A stretch of DNA of 64,000 bases from Octopus sinensis. Taxonomy: Eukaryota. Below are positions 23,582 to 36,631 of this stretch, piece after piece (the first letter of the stretch is position 1; every line of letters begins with the position of its first letter). A program made the position numbers and the translations under genes. Under the pieces are notes generated by a model. The model had not been told where the DNA came from and searched no databases. It saw nothing but the letters and a program-made list of their open reading frames with translations. The stretch lies in NCBI RefSeq assembly GCF_006345805.1, contig NC_043001.1, positions 64,604,001 through 64,668,000 of the forward strand. The letters run 5' to 3'.

Positions 23582-25517
23582 CAGTGGGGAACATTTTCAA
23601 AAAACTTTTTAGTTGTCTTGCTTTTTACAATTACCTAATAGTGCTGGGATCAGAAATGCCCTCAGAAATATTCATTACATCAAGTTTTTTATTAAACAGG
23701 AATTTCTTTTTTTTTTTAATAAAAAAAATGTCAATTTTGCCTTTAAATTCAATACTGAAATACAAAACTAACACAAACCAATAGTACTTTTTATTGTTTA
23801 ACAAATATATTACACAAAATGTTTAATTACACATTTTAGGGTAGATATTTCTATCAAACTGGTGTTTCAGCTACTCAAGGAGTGAACTTCCTCTTTGCTG
23901 CTTTGTAGAGACCAGCAGTAGTCAGCCATCATGTTTGTGTTCCACATGCCTTGATACCTTGTCTCCATGGTCTCAATGTCTTAGTGGAGTCTTTCTCCTT
24001 GCTCATCACTTATTGCACTATGATTTTCAGGGAAGTAGTTCAGATGACTGTGTAGGAAATGCACTCATGTTGCAGACCAGTGCTTGAAAACTGTTTAATA
24101 AGGTCTGCACAAGTTCTTCATAATTTGATGACTTCCTGTTTCCTTGGAAACCAAATATGACTGCAACAAAAGTATTCCATGCTTCTTTTCAGTGCCAGAC
24201 GTTGTTCTCCAAAAACCTGCTCATCCTGCAACAGTTACCCAATCTGAGTCCTGTCAAACACACCAATCATAGTTTTTTCACAAGATAAAGCTGGAAACTT
24301 ACTGCTTAAGTATTTGAAACAGTCACTGTTTCAGTGTTTCAAAGAATGTTTTAACCCTTTAACATTTAAACCAGCCATATTTAGCCAAAATATTCTATTT
24401 GTTATATGTTCAAACTGGCGAAATGCAGTCTCTCACACTTACCCTACAATGTCATACTAAAAGTAAATAATCCCTTTATTGAAATCTCAAAGCTATAAGA
24501 TAATGCATGTGTAATTCAAAAGGAATAAATATTACATTTGACAAACTAATGTGAATGCTAAAGGGTTAAACATTATATAGGTTGGCCAGGATTTGTCTTG
24601 ATCACCCAGTTGTATTCCAAAGTAATTAAGATCAGCTTTCTTTACAAAATCTGTGATTTTGTTTCACTGAATGGGTAAAGTGTAACATCCACAAATATAG
24701 CAGAAGATATCAGGGTTATTTTTGCATTTTTTTCTCTTACAACTGGCCATATTTCTGAAATACAAAACATTTGTCACCCCAGAAAAGCATTTTTAGAATT
24801 GTCAACAGTTATAAAGTAAACAGATGCAAAGTTTCATAAAGAACATACATACCATGAAGTTTTTCCTTTAGATTTTTGACCATGCTTGACAAAAGATGAC
24901 CTTGACCCTTGTGATCTCACAATTAAAACATTAAAGGTGCAATTAAAATACCAATTTTCATAGGAACTATTTACAGGTTCAACAAAACATGTCTCACCTG
25001 GTTTGCAGTGATGGTCACACTTAATCAAACATAGTGTGGGCATATTTGTAAGCAAATTCCACAAATATGAGACATGTATGATGTCAAGAACCACAGAAAT
25101 GTGTTGTTTATTAAGATCTAATTGTATAGATGATATTTCTGTCATCATCATGGCATTTTACACTGGTTATATTGAAAATAGTGTAAGTTGTTCAAGTTTA
25201 ATACTTTTTATTTACTGAAGCTATTTAAATCATAACCTTGTTTACACTTTTGTAGATGTATTTACTTTAAATGATATTGAAAACGATGTTTTCAAAGTTA
25301 TGTCAAGCTCCATACATCATTTCCTAGGATAGATTTGGTTTCATCTAAATCTATCCTTAGAAATGATGATAATACTGGAAATGCTGAAAAGTGGCCAGAG
25401 TTTGTGAAAAATCTTGATGTGATAGAGCAAAACAGATTTCATTTTTGAAATCAACACCCCAAATTTACTGGGAAACATGTCTCCAACAGCAGACAATGAC
25501 AACCACATTCCCCAGTG
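23582..25517 (-). mobile_element. Internally deleted Chapaev3-like (CMC) DNA transposon
   Basis: Minus-strand NPDIFCYICG..ITDFVKKA..YFG.QLGDQDKSW (~24590-24720) and SHLNYFPEN..ISDEQGERLH.DI..METRYQGMW...MADYCWSL (~23905-24050). Putative TIRs CA(G/C)TGGGGAA, with TAA at 23579-23581 and 25518-25520. Confidence 0.7.
24355..24565. mobile_element. piggyBac-type MITE
   Basis: TTAA on both flanks. 14-bp TIRs CCCTTTAACATTTA / CCCTTTAGCATTCA. Confidence 0.85.
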
Positions 25518-26021
25518 TAATATGTAAATATTAGCAAGTGCTCTACCTTTTCTCTAATAGATAAGATATGTTATACCCATGATCACATTTGGGGATGATT
25601 ATCACCTCTGAAAAATTTTGGAACATGTTGCCAAAAACTATAAAAGATCTACAGGTACTTTATGTCAATAAATTCAAACAATCAACCTATACTTGGATAG
25701 TGTGAAAGTTTCCAGATGAACCTACATCACTGAAAGAAACACATATGAAAGCAGCTGCGTCAGCATGGCCATACTACTAACCAATTTCAGGTTGAATCAT
25801 TTATTATCTTTGATAGGTTGTCATGCAAGTAGTAAAATAATGTTTTTATGTTTCTAACTAACATTTATTTTTACTTACTTATTAAATTTATGGTATTTTT
25901 ATTGCTAACATGTACACTAATTCTTTAAAATTCTCATTTTTATTCAGAAGAAATATTTAGACTTACTTTTAATTCTTGAAAAGGGAAATATTTATAATGT
26001 AACTTTTTAAAAATATTATAG

Positions 26022-26087
26022 CCAGGATTTGAGGGAAAGAATCCAACAGATTCAAGTTTGATGAAATTATCTCCAACAAGTTTACAG
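26022..26087 (+). CDS. Possible isolated host exon (reading frame uncertain)
   Basis: Strong donor CAG|GTAAGC at 26087/26088 in non-repeat DNA. A 66-nt open frame PGFEGKNPTDSSLMKLSPTSLQ follows a weak acceptor. Confidence 0.25.
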
Positions 26088-26194
26088 GTAAGCTCTACAA
26101 TTTTCTTAAATACATATTTTTAAGATTAAACTCAAATTGTTGCTGTCATTATCATACATTGAGCTGTTTCCTGCCATCAGGAATAAAGAAAAAA

Positions 26195-27360
26195 GAAATC
26201 TGGCCAAGTGAAGAAATTTCAGGTGTGGAAACAAGGCCTGGAATCTAAGGACCTTAGAGTTAATTTAGCAAAAACCAAAGTCCTAGTAAGTAGGAAAATA
26301 GACATCTCACAAGTCTCTTCTGGGAGATGGCCTTGCCCAATATGTAAAAAGGGTGTTAGTAGAAACTCCATATGTTGTACCTAGTGCGAGCTTTGGATGC
26401 ATAAGAGGTGTAGTGGTATCACAGGACGGTTAACTGAAAATATAGTCTTTGCGAGTAGCAGATGTGCAGGTACAATAAGCACTAAAAATGCACAGACAAT
26501 AGACTCCCTCAAATGCTCTGGGGATCATTAGAATTAGTAGTTAACTTGTTACCTAGGAGACCAAGTTAGCAGTGGTAGAAGTTCTGAAAGTGTAGTTGCT
26601 AGAATAAGAACAGGCTGGACAAAATTCAGAGAGCTTCTACCTTTGTTAGTAACTAAAGGCCTCTCCCTCAGAGTGAAAGGCAGATTGTATGATGCCTGTG
26701 TACATGCAGCTATGTTACAATGCAGTGGAACATGGGCTTTGACTACAGAGGACTTGCGATGGCTTGAATGAAATAAAGCTAGCATGCTCTACTGGATGGG
26801 TAAAGTCAGTGTGTATGCACAACAGAGTGTAAATGATTTAAGAGGAAAACTGGGTATAAGAAACATCAGATGTTATGTGCAAGAAAGCGATTTTACTGGT
26901 TTGGTCATGTGATGTGTATGGATAAGGACAGCTGCATAAAGAAGTGCTGAGCCCTAATTGTAGAGGATACCTGTGGAATGGGTGGGCCCAGGAAGACATG
27001 GGACAAAGTGGTGAGAAAGGATCAGGAAATAAGAGACCAAGAAATGTGGCGATTTCCTGTACTTGATAAGATGCATCAAGCTAAGTAAAATTGCTGTCTT
27101 CCACACATACAGGCTTGTCCTTTCAGGTGCTGTGTAAACACACCCATGCTGGTGCTGTGTAAATGCACCCATGCTGGTGGCACATAAAAACCACTCGGCA
27201 CACTCTGTTAAGTGGTTGGCGGGGGGAGGGGACATCCAGCCATAGAAACCATGCCACAACAGACAATTGGAGTCTGGACAGCTTTCAGCTGGTCAGCTCC
27301 ATGTAAAACAGTTCAATCCATACCAGCATGAAAAGCAGATGTTAAACAATAATGATGACA
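26195..27360 (+). mobile_element. RTE LINE 3' remnant
   Basis: NLAKTKVLV, PHD-like Cys cluster, GLSLRVKGRLYDACV, and RTE tail. Confidence 0.85.
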
Positions 27361-27404
27361 AAAGGTCTCAATTTTTTAAAACATACAAAGTGTATTGAAT
27401 ACAT

Positions 27405-30010
27405 CATTATCATCATCATTTAACATCTGTTGTCCATGCTGGCATGGGTTGGACGGCTTGACAGGTGCTGACAGCTGGAAGGCTGCACCAAACTCCAATC
27501 TGATTTGGCATGGTTTCTATGACTGGATGCCCTTCCTAACGTCAACTACTCTAAGAGTGTAATGGGGGCTTTTACATGTCACCAGTACAAGTGCCATTTG
27601 TGTGACGCTGTTATCTGCCACAATTGTGATTTTGCTCAGCTTGATGGGTCTTTTTCTCAAGCACAACATAATGCCAAAGGTCTTGGTCATTGCCTCCATG
27701 AGACCCAACACTTATGCCAAAGGTCTTGGTCATTGCTTCCATGAGACCCAACACTCGAAAGGAGCTCAGCCACTTTACCTTCATGAGCCCAACCCTCGAA
27801 AGGTGCTTCAAAGGTCTTAGTCATTGCCTCTGTGAGGCCCAGTGCTTGAAAGGAGTTCAGCCACTTTGCCTCCATGAGGCCTAATGCTCAAAAGGTGCTT
27901 TTTATATGCCACCTGCATGGGTGCCAGTAACATGGGCTTGACAGGTCTTCTCAAGTACAGATATCGCCAAAGGTTTCAGTCACTAGTCATTGGCTCTGTG
28001 AGGCCCAGAGTTCAAAAATCATGCTTCACCACCTCATCCCATCTCTTCCAGGATCTACCTCTACCACAGGTTTCTTTCACAGTTAGAGATCAGCGCTTCT
28101 TTACACAGCTGTCCTCATTCATACAAATCATATGACCATACCAGCACAGCACATCTCTCTTGCACACCACATCTGATGCTTCTTATGCCTAACTTTTCTC
28201 TAAAGATGCTTACACTCTGTCGAACATGCACACTGACATTGCACATCCAGCAAAGCTTGCTGGCTTCATTTCCTTCAAGCCTAAGCATATCCTCAGCTGT
28301 CACAGCCCATGTTTCATTGCCATGTAGCATAGCTGTATGCACACAGGCATCATACAATCTGCCTTTCACTTTGAGAGAGCGGCCCTTTGTTGCCAGCAGA
28401 GGTAGGAGCTCTCTGAACTTTGCCCAGCCTAATCTTATTCTCACAGATACACTCTCAGAGTATCCACCTCTGCTACTAACTTGGTCGCCTAGATAATGGA
28501 AGCTATCTACTAGCTTACCCCACTGGCAATTGATGGAGTCAATTTTCTGTACATTTTCAGTGTTTATTGTACCTGTGCATCTTCTACATACAAAAGCTAT
28601 TTTTCCTGTTAATCTTTTAAATCTGATATTGCTGCACCTTTTATGTGACCAAAGCTTATACTGGGTGCATCTTATGGAGTTTCTATTTATGCTTTTTCTA
28701 CAGATCAAGTAGGGACATGTACCTGAAGGGATTTGTGATTTGTCTACTTTCCTACTTACTAAGACTTTGGGTTTTGCTCAGTTAACTCTAAGGCACTTTG
28801 ATTCTAGACCTTGCTTCTGTACATGAAACTTCTTTTCTAGTTCTGGCAGTGATTCAGCTATAAGAACAAGGTCATTAACATAGAGGAGCTCTCAAAGGCA
28901 GCCTGTCTTAAATTCCTCTGTTGTTGCCTGGAGAAACAAGAGGGAGATGAGCACCAATCCTTGGTGAGCCCCTACTTGTACAGCACAGAATTCCCTGAAT
29001 TCTGTGCTGTACTCATTGCCAATCCTCACCTTACTGTTAGTGTCCCTGTACAAGACTTGTACAGCTCACCAATCACACATCTATCCCTAGTTTCTGCATT
29101 GACCACCAGATAAGGGGTTGGGGGACCCTGTCAAAGGCTTTCTCCAAGTCAACAAAAGCCATGTACAGAGGTTTATCTTTGGTTCTGTATTTCTCCTGAA
29201 GCTGCCTTACCAGAAATATACCATCAGTGGTGCTTCTCCCTGGTACAAAACCAAACTACATCTCATCTAGACTAACTCTCTCACTCTAATTAGTTGGGCT
29301 ATGACCTCTCTCTATAATTTTTATCACCTGATCCAACAGTTTGATACCTCTGGTTGTTATTTCTATCTAAGGCATCGCCTTTACCTTTCTATCAGTTGAC
29401 TATGGTGCTGCTATACCAGTCATTGGGTATGACTCCTTCGTGAACCACCTGATTTACAATACAAGTGACTAGACCATAATCCACACCACCAGATATTTTA
29501 AGCATCTCAGCAGTGATTCCTGATGGACCAGGGGCGTTCCTTGACTTCATATCCTTAATTGCTTTATCAATCAAGGTACTGTTGATTCGGGTAGCTGGTC
29601 CCTCAACTGGGTCAATATATGGCAGACTCTCCTCTTCCCATTCATTCTCCACATTCAGCAGTCTTTCATAATAGCATTCTCAAGCCTCTTTCTTTGCAGA
29701 ATCATTAAATGCAAGTGCACCATCATCCATGCAGTCACATTTCTCTCCTATGACATCACAAATTTCTCTCGTACACTGTCTTGCAATCCAAAACTCTTCA
29801 AGTCTTTGGTCTTCACATTGCTGAACATAGGCAAACTTCTTTTCCATTTCTCCCTTGGCTAGATATACCTTTCTCCCAACTTCTCTTCTTGCTATCTGAT
29901 ACAGTTCTCTGATAGCCCCACTCTTCCACCCTCCAAGTTTCTTTGCTCTAATGGCCCTGTCTACAGCATCATTCCACTACCACTGCACCAGCTGCAGATT
30001 TGGACTGAGG
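27405..30010 (-). mobile_element. Degenerate RTE LINE with tandemly repeated 3' UTR
   Basis: ORFs 28115-28708 and 29392-29652. AAGGTCTTGGTCATTGC..CCATGAGACCCAACA repeats at 27677-27850. Confidence 0.9.
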
Positions 30011-31421
30011 CACTCAGTAAGCTGGAAAACTGGGAAAGGGCTGTGGGAAGTAACATGAGAAGGAGTGATGGTATTCAGCACCTGAAAAGAAGGTTTCAGT
30101 GATCGTTTGATAACAGGCATGTCACAACAGTTGTTCTCGCTTTAACCTATCATCATTCAAGCATATTATATTAAAACTGTTGCCTCTATTGGGGGTGAGT
30201 GTAATGTGAGCATTGTAAGTATAAATGTTATGAACATTGTATATATATGTGTTACTGCTGCAAATATAGATATGTCGATGTTTAAATTAAGTAAGTAAAT
30301 GAGCAGCTATTGGTTAGTCCATTGTATATAGAGAGAAAGAGAAAGAAAGAAGTAGGCAGTCTGTTTATTCACTAAGTAACACATCTCCTTTTGGTGCATG
30401 TAATAGTGTAGATGATTTTTGGTGGTGAGAAGGGAGGGACAGAGGTATGCAGGTCTTCTGGTACAGAAGTGAGACAGAGTCTTGTAGGGGTTTTCAGTAT
30501 AAGAAAATAGATTTCTGTTGAAGTAGAGCTCTGTAGGGATTTTGGTATAAAAGAAGAGATATGAAAGAAGAAGTTTCTGATATGAGGGAAGAGATTTCTG
30601 CCATAGGTGGTGGAGGCAGGAATGGGTGAGTGCATTGTGAACAAGCAATGGCCAGCTTCACCACAAGAAATAGAAATAGCAGTAGGAAGACACGAGAGAG
30701 AATGGGAGAGAGACTTGAAAGATTTTATCACTGGGGGAGATCATGACAAAGAGCTGGATACACAAGTTATAAGACAAGGCAAAACATAGAGAGAGAGTGT
30801 TGCAAGGATTTAGAGAATTACAAGTTATGATAGTTGGGAACACATAAGAATTATGGCAAGTATTTAAAGAGATACGATTTGAAAGTTATTTGAAAAATTA
30901 ATGAAAATTATAGCAAGTATTTGAAGAGATAATATTTGAAAGTTATTTGGAAAATTAACAAATTACAAGTTACAAACGTTATTAAAGTTATTTTAACTCA
31001 AGTACATTAGCATGTTAGTATAACAAGTTAAATAAATGAATGATGAACAATTAAAAACTAGAGAAATTTTTTAGCTTAACTGCTTGTCATTTCATGTGGT
31101 ATGATAGTGTCAATAGTAGAGCAAGTGATGTGAAGGTTTAGGAAAACCATATACGAAGGGTTCTTTATATAATCTACAGCCAGAAGTGGTCAAATAAATG
31201 GCTAGCATTTGCCACAAGAAATAGAAATAGCAGTAAGAAGACATGAGTGAGACAAACAGAGAGAGAGAGGGGGAAAAATTTGAAAGACTTTATCGTTGGG
31301 GGACAAAGAGCTGGAGACATAAGTTATAAGACAAAGCAAAACAGGGAGAGAGTGTTACTAGGATTTAGAGAATTACAATTTATGACTGTTAGGAACATAT
31401 GAGAATTATGACAAGTATACC

Positions 31422-31489
31422 TATACACAGTGTCTTTGAATCAAGGGTTTTATTTAAATAAAACCCTTGATTCAAAGACACTGTGTATA
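31422..31489. repeat. Perfect 68-bp spacerless palindrome at the 5' end of a PLE fragment
   Basis: 31422-31455 is the exact reverse complement of 31456-31489. Confidence 0.95.
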
Positions 31490-31810
31490 AACTCTATACT
31501 TGGAATGGCCAATTTTGAATACTATTGGACTTTACTCATAAGGTATTGGAATCTTATATGTATACCATTCTGCCTCAAAAAATGGATCTTCAAATGCAAT
31601 ATCCCTACATATCTCACATCTATTTTCTTTTATTTCCTCCACCTCACTTTCTATTTTATATCTTATCTAAATTAACTATTTCTTAACCATCCTTTCACAC
31701 CGTCTTCGATGAAGGGATATAATAAATATCCTGGAAACAGCTGTAAGACCTTCTATCTATAAATGTTCTAAAATCTACACAACCATGGTTTTTTATCTCA
31801 TTACGAAAAA
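31456..31810 (+). mobile_element. PLE 3' fragment with variant hammerhead motif (31702-31749)
   Basis: GUCU-UCGAUGA-A-GGGAUAU/AUAUCCU-G-GAAAC-AGCU-GUA-AGAC. Confidence 0.65.
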
Positions 31811-31962
31811 AATTTTTTATATACACACGCTGACATATGACCAACGTTGAACTCCTTATTCACATAATCATCGAACCTGGAACTTAACTAAGGTCTATCT
31901 ATAGCACTTATTCAGCATTACGTGATACCTTTGGGTCTCAATGATACCATTACCACTCATAA

Positions 31963-32010
<48 letters not shown>

Positions 32011-32105
32011 AAAATGAGGGTGAGAAATTGGATATTAATTTAATTAACATCAATTTAACACCAGTGGTCCAACATATTAAAATCTGAAGGTTCAGTAAAT
32101 TGTAT

Positions 32106-32140
<35 letters not shown>

Positions 32141-32719
32141 TGTATACATAATATATATATATATTATATGTTCATAAAACAATGTTATTTATTTTGTTGT
32201 TGCTATAATAAGAATTTATCTATTTTTATTCATGCTAATAAAGTATGCTCAATCTTGAAGGGATTTTTATTTGGTGTGCTACGAAAGAAATTCTTGCTTG
32301 GTGTGTCATAAGGCAAAAAAGATTGGCAGATACTGCTCCATATCGATACATCATGAACACTTTGGCTGAATTCCAATTAAATAAGGAAAACATGTTTATT
32401 AAAACATGCTTTATAACAACACACTAGAATGAGAATGCACAGAACCTAAAATGACTAGAAACAACAAAAATAAATCTAAAGTTGAGATAACAGGCTCCCT
32501 CCAGGTTTTTAAACACTTACTTCAAACACTGTACAATTATATATGACACTTTTTCAACAGTATTTACTGATGTTCAACTGATTAAATTTTATTTTTAGTC
32601 AAACCCATATAAATAAACAACTGATGCCTTTGAATATTTAGCTGACCAAGACATCAGAAAAACAAATGAAGTCTTCAGGGAGTCATCCAACAGGAATGCT
32701 AGATCCAAAATAATGATTA

Positions 32720-33758
32720 CTAGCAGTATAACCCAGCCTTACCCGGGATTAAGTTACGATTATTAAGCTAATCAAGTTCTTTATTTCAAACCAAACTAAG
32801 TAATATCGACGTCAAATTTGGGTGAAATCCGTTGAAATTGGTAGGGTTATTTAAGGAAATAAAGATAACTTCTGTTATATGCTTGAAGGCTCTGCTGTCA
32901 GGTGTTTGTAATGTTCCTGAGATATTTGAAAGGCAGTGCTGATATGTTAAATAAATGGATTCTCAACAAAACACTTTTTTACTCGGCGTAAAATAAAAAC
33001 AAAACTCTTTTGCACCCAAAGTAATATATGTGTGAGAGAGAGGGGAGGAGAAAGATGAACAATTTAAAATAAATAAATAATGGCGTAAAATAAAAACAAA
33101 ACTCTTTCACACCCAAAGTAATATATGTGTGAGAGAGAAGGGGGAGAAAGATGAACGCTTTAAAATAAATATATTGTAATTGTTGTGTGAGAAAGTATAT
33201 ATACTCTGATTATAAAATATAGTGTCTTTCAAAAACATCCTAAATTTGAACACTATATCTCGTGTTTAAGAAAAAACAAAACATTTTACATTTTATTTTT
33301 TATGAACGCTGTGACTTACTCTCCCTCCCCCTCTCTCTCTCTCTCTCACTTTGTCTTTACCTTTTTTTTTGTTAGATCACTGTCAAACCTTCTGCCTCTC
33401 TTCCTTACACATACTTTTTCTTTACTATTTTTGTTAGATGTTGCGAAACACTCTCTCTCCCTCACATACATCAACATACAACTTCTCTCTCGCCCTCACA
33501 CACACACTTTTGCTTGGCTATGGCTAGAAGGGACTTAACTCATGTTAGCAACCTTCAAAATAGGTAAATACTGTGGCTGAAAATAGATTTTTACCTGTAT
33601 CCATGAGTGCCTCGGGAAAAAAATAAGTTGACAAAACCCAGGTAGGATGTTGACGAATGTCCTCCTAAACTTGGAGCAACATGCGTAATAATTTGTGGAC
33701 GTGCATAAATTACAATCATGTACACACACACACACATTCTGCCTTATATATATACAGA
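32720..33758 (-). mobile_element. Non-autonomous Helitron
   Basis: On the minus strand it begins A|TCTGTATATATATAAGG and ends with hairpin CCCGG..CTGGG plus CTAG|T. The 3' ~130 bp is homologous to 60370-60498. Confidence 0.75.
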
Positions 33759-33879
33759 TTTGAAACACAAATGACATATGCAGAAAATCAACTAACCGGA
33801 GCACTGGACTACTAGTGGACAAAAACAAGGAATCAAAACAGTTGATAAAGAAATGACATCACCAGAAGGTCAACTAACT

Positions 33880-34755
33880 GGACTACTGCCAAAGCAAATT
33901 TTGTGACCGGGACATTTGTAAAACTAATGTCATATTCTGGCAGTCAGCCAACTAGAACATTTAGCCACAGGCAAGCAAAGTCAAGTGACATCATTGAGTT
34001 ATTAACCAATCAGGATTTGTATCTCAAAACCTATATACAAAAAATAATTTCAGCATAAAACAGTTCAAGTTCCTACTAGAAAAACCAACAATTCTCTTTT
34101 ATGTACTGCTACAGAGATATTGGGCATGCTTCAACAAGCTTACAGCGATAAGGCAATAGGTCACACACAATGTTTCAAGTGGCATGGTTGCTTCAAAAGC
34201 AGAAGAACATCCCTAGAAGACAATGAGCAATCTAGAAGACCTGCCATGAGCATCACTCCTGGAAATTCATTAGCTTGTGCATGAGGATTGTTGGAGGACA
34301 ATCAACAACATTCCTGATGTTGTTGGTCTCTTGTATGGGTCTATGCAGGCAATCCTAACATCCGTGAAGAATTGGATTCTTCATGATGACAATGCACTCT
34401 GTCACTGAGCTCTCCTCACTTGTGAGTTTCTCACCAAAAACAACACGGTATTGCTTCTGCACCTGTCCTATTCATCATATTTAGCCCCTACAGACTTCTA
34501 TCTCTTCTGCAAGATGAAAATGCAATTCAAAGGTTGCCGTTTAAACACCACAGTTGAGATCAAGATTGAATCACAGAAGGCCCTCAACTCATATACGGAA
34601 AACAGCTTCTAAGCTGGATTCCAAAAATGGCAGGAACATTAGAACTGATGTATTACTGTGCAAGGTGATCATTTCAAAGGAGATGATGTTAAAACTTAGG
34701 TAAATAAGTTATTTTTTTTTATTAAACATAACTAGTTCAGGAACGTTTTGATACC
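33880..34755 (+). mobile_element. mariner (DD34D-type) remnant, internally deleted
   Basis: MLQQAY...TQCFKW..FK..RTSLED.E.S.RP, HDDNA.CH, LAPTDFYLF.KMK and QGDHFKGD. Confidence 0.8.
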
Positions 34756-35434
34756 AAGAATCCTAAAAGGAGTAAAAGCAACAATACCAAAGACACATCT
34801 ACCTGTAAGAGAAAAGAAATATCCTACATAAGCATTTTACCACCCAGCTGATAAAGATTATACCAATGTAAATATAGGTCTTATGGAAACCATCATTATT
34901 CCTGCACACAATGGCAGCACTTTGGCTAACCATCCTTAAGTATGACTAAAAACAGTAAAAAAAAAAAAGGACTAGGAAATATGATGTGACTTGGTATAAT
35001 CTTCTATATTTGATGTTAGTTTAAATTAATATCCCCAAAACATTCTTTAGCATCTTTAAGAAAGATTTTCATTCTCAGCACAAATGCCATAGGATATTCG
35101 ACATATTCACTGTTGCATTATCGTACTTCGCTACACCAAATTTAACAAATAGAACAGCAACTGCAAACTACTATAACTAAGATCAAAGAACTTGGAAAGA
35201 ACATGATATAGTAATTCAAAAGAAAATAAATCAATCTCAAAATACAACTATAGGACTTGTGATAGAAATAAAAAATTGAAGGAGCTAGTAATCAATATTA
35301 TGCATAAAGATATTCTGTCTACAACAGACATAACTAATCTAAACACATTTAAATACATCAAATATGTTAAATATTACATGCAATTCTCTTGAGACTAAAC
35401 CTAGCATAAACTTACAAAGATAGAACTACTACTA

Positions 35435-35855
35435 CTAATAATAATAGTAGTCCTTTCTATTATAGGCTTAATGCTTGAAATTTGGGGAAGGGGGCTAGTC
35501 GATTGCATTCACCTCCATGCACAGCTTGTACTTATTTTATCAACCATGAAAGAATGATAGGCAAAGTCAACCTCAGTAGTATGTGAACTCAGAGCATAAA
35601 GACACTAAGAATTTTACCACCCAGCTGATAAAGATTATACCAATGTAAATATAGGTCTTATGGAAACCATCATTATTCCTGCACACAATGGCAGCACTTT
35701 GGCTAACCATCCTTAAGTATGACTAAAAACAACAAAAAAAAAGGACTAGGAAACATGATGTGACTTGGTATAATCTTCTATATTTGATGTTAGTTTAAAT
35801 TAATATCTCCAAAACATGCTTTAGCATCTAAGCATTTTGTCAGGTGTGTTACTGA
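35435..35855 (-). mobile_element. SINE (same family as 16078 and 60522) interrupted by a 224-bp local duplication
   Basis: SINE homology on both sides of 35606-35829, which copies 34829-35055. Confidence 0.7.
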
Positions 35856-36139
35856 CATTTAAGACATCAACTACTGACAGGATCCTGGTTCTCTGAGTAC
35901 TCATTGAATGCAGGCAGAGTTTTCAGTTTGCAGATTATGGTGATCTCCACAAGACACTTGATTTAGTGGACAGGTATATGCTCTGGAGGATTCCAGATCT
36001 AAAAATTATACCTCTGTAAATGGTTGGGCTGATAGTGGTCTTGTATACAGGAACAGTAAGCACTGTTCAGATAGGGGGCTCGATATGTGACTTTTTCCTA
36101 GTTAGATCTGAAAGTGAAAGTGAAATAAGTAAAAGATAA

Positions 36140-36574
36140 AAGAAAGTGAAAGGAAGGGAGAATGTAATAATGAGTGACTGAGAATAACGACAAAGGGTTT
36201 AAAAAGTGTAAAAATATTTTCTTTCTCAACTTACTCAAGATCTTTTGTTGTTTATAAATGGGAGAGAGATAGATAGAGAAAGATAGAGAGTAAGAGAAAG
36301 CGAGGGAAAGTTTACTATCTTTCCCCTACCGCATTCACCAGCACTGTCACTCTCTCTCTCTATGTCTGTCTGCATTCATAGAGAGAATTATCATCGCCAC
36401 AACCACCACACAATCATGAGAACAAATATTATGAATCAGATATTTATTGGGTTAATTTATATATATATGTGTGTGTGTGTGTTCTATATATAAATATGTA
36501 TATATACAAAGTGTATATATCTGTATTTATATATATATATATATAATTTGTATACATTAATATATATAATGCGT

Positions 36575-36631
<57 letters not shown>

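Noticed and set aside
27677-27860. Repeat-spacer-like array resembling CRISPR
   Set aside because: These are imperfect tandem units in an RTE 3' UTR, with no unique spacers and a eukaryotic context.
32245-32427. 60-aa ORF in unique-looking DNA
   Set aside because: No recognisable motif and no clear splice-site pair.
34750-34830. Minus-strand acceptor followed by hydrophobic frame VDVSLVLLLLLLLGFLV
   Set aside because: The frame runs into the mariner end and stops. There is no supporting donor or homology.
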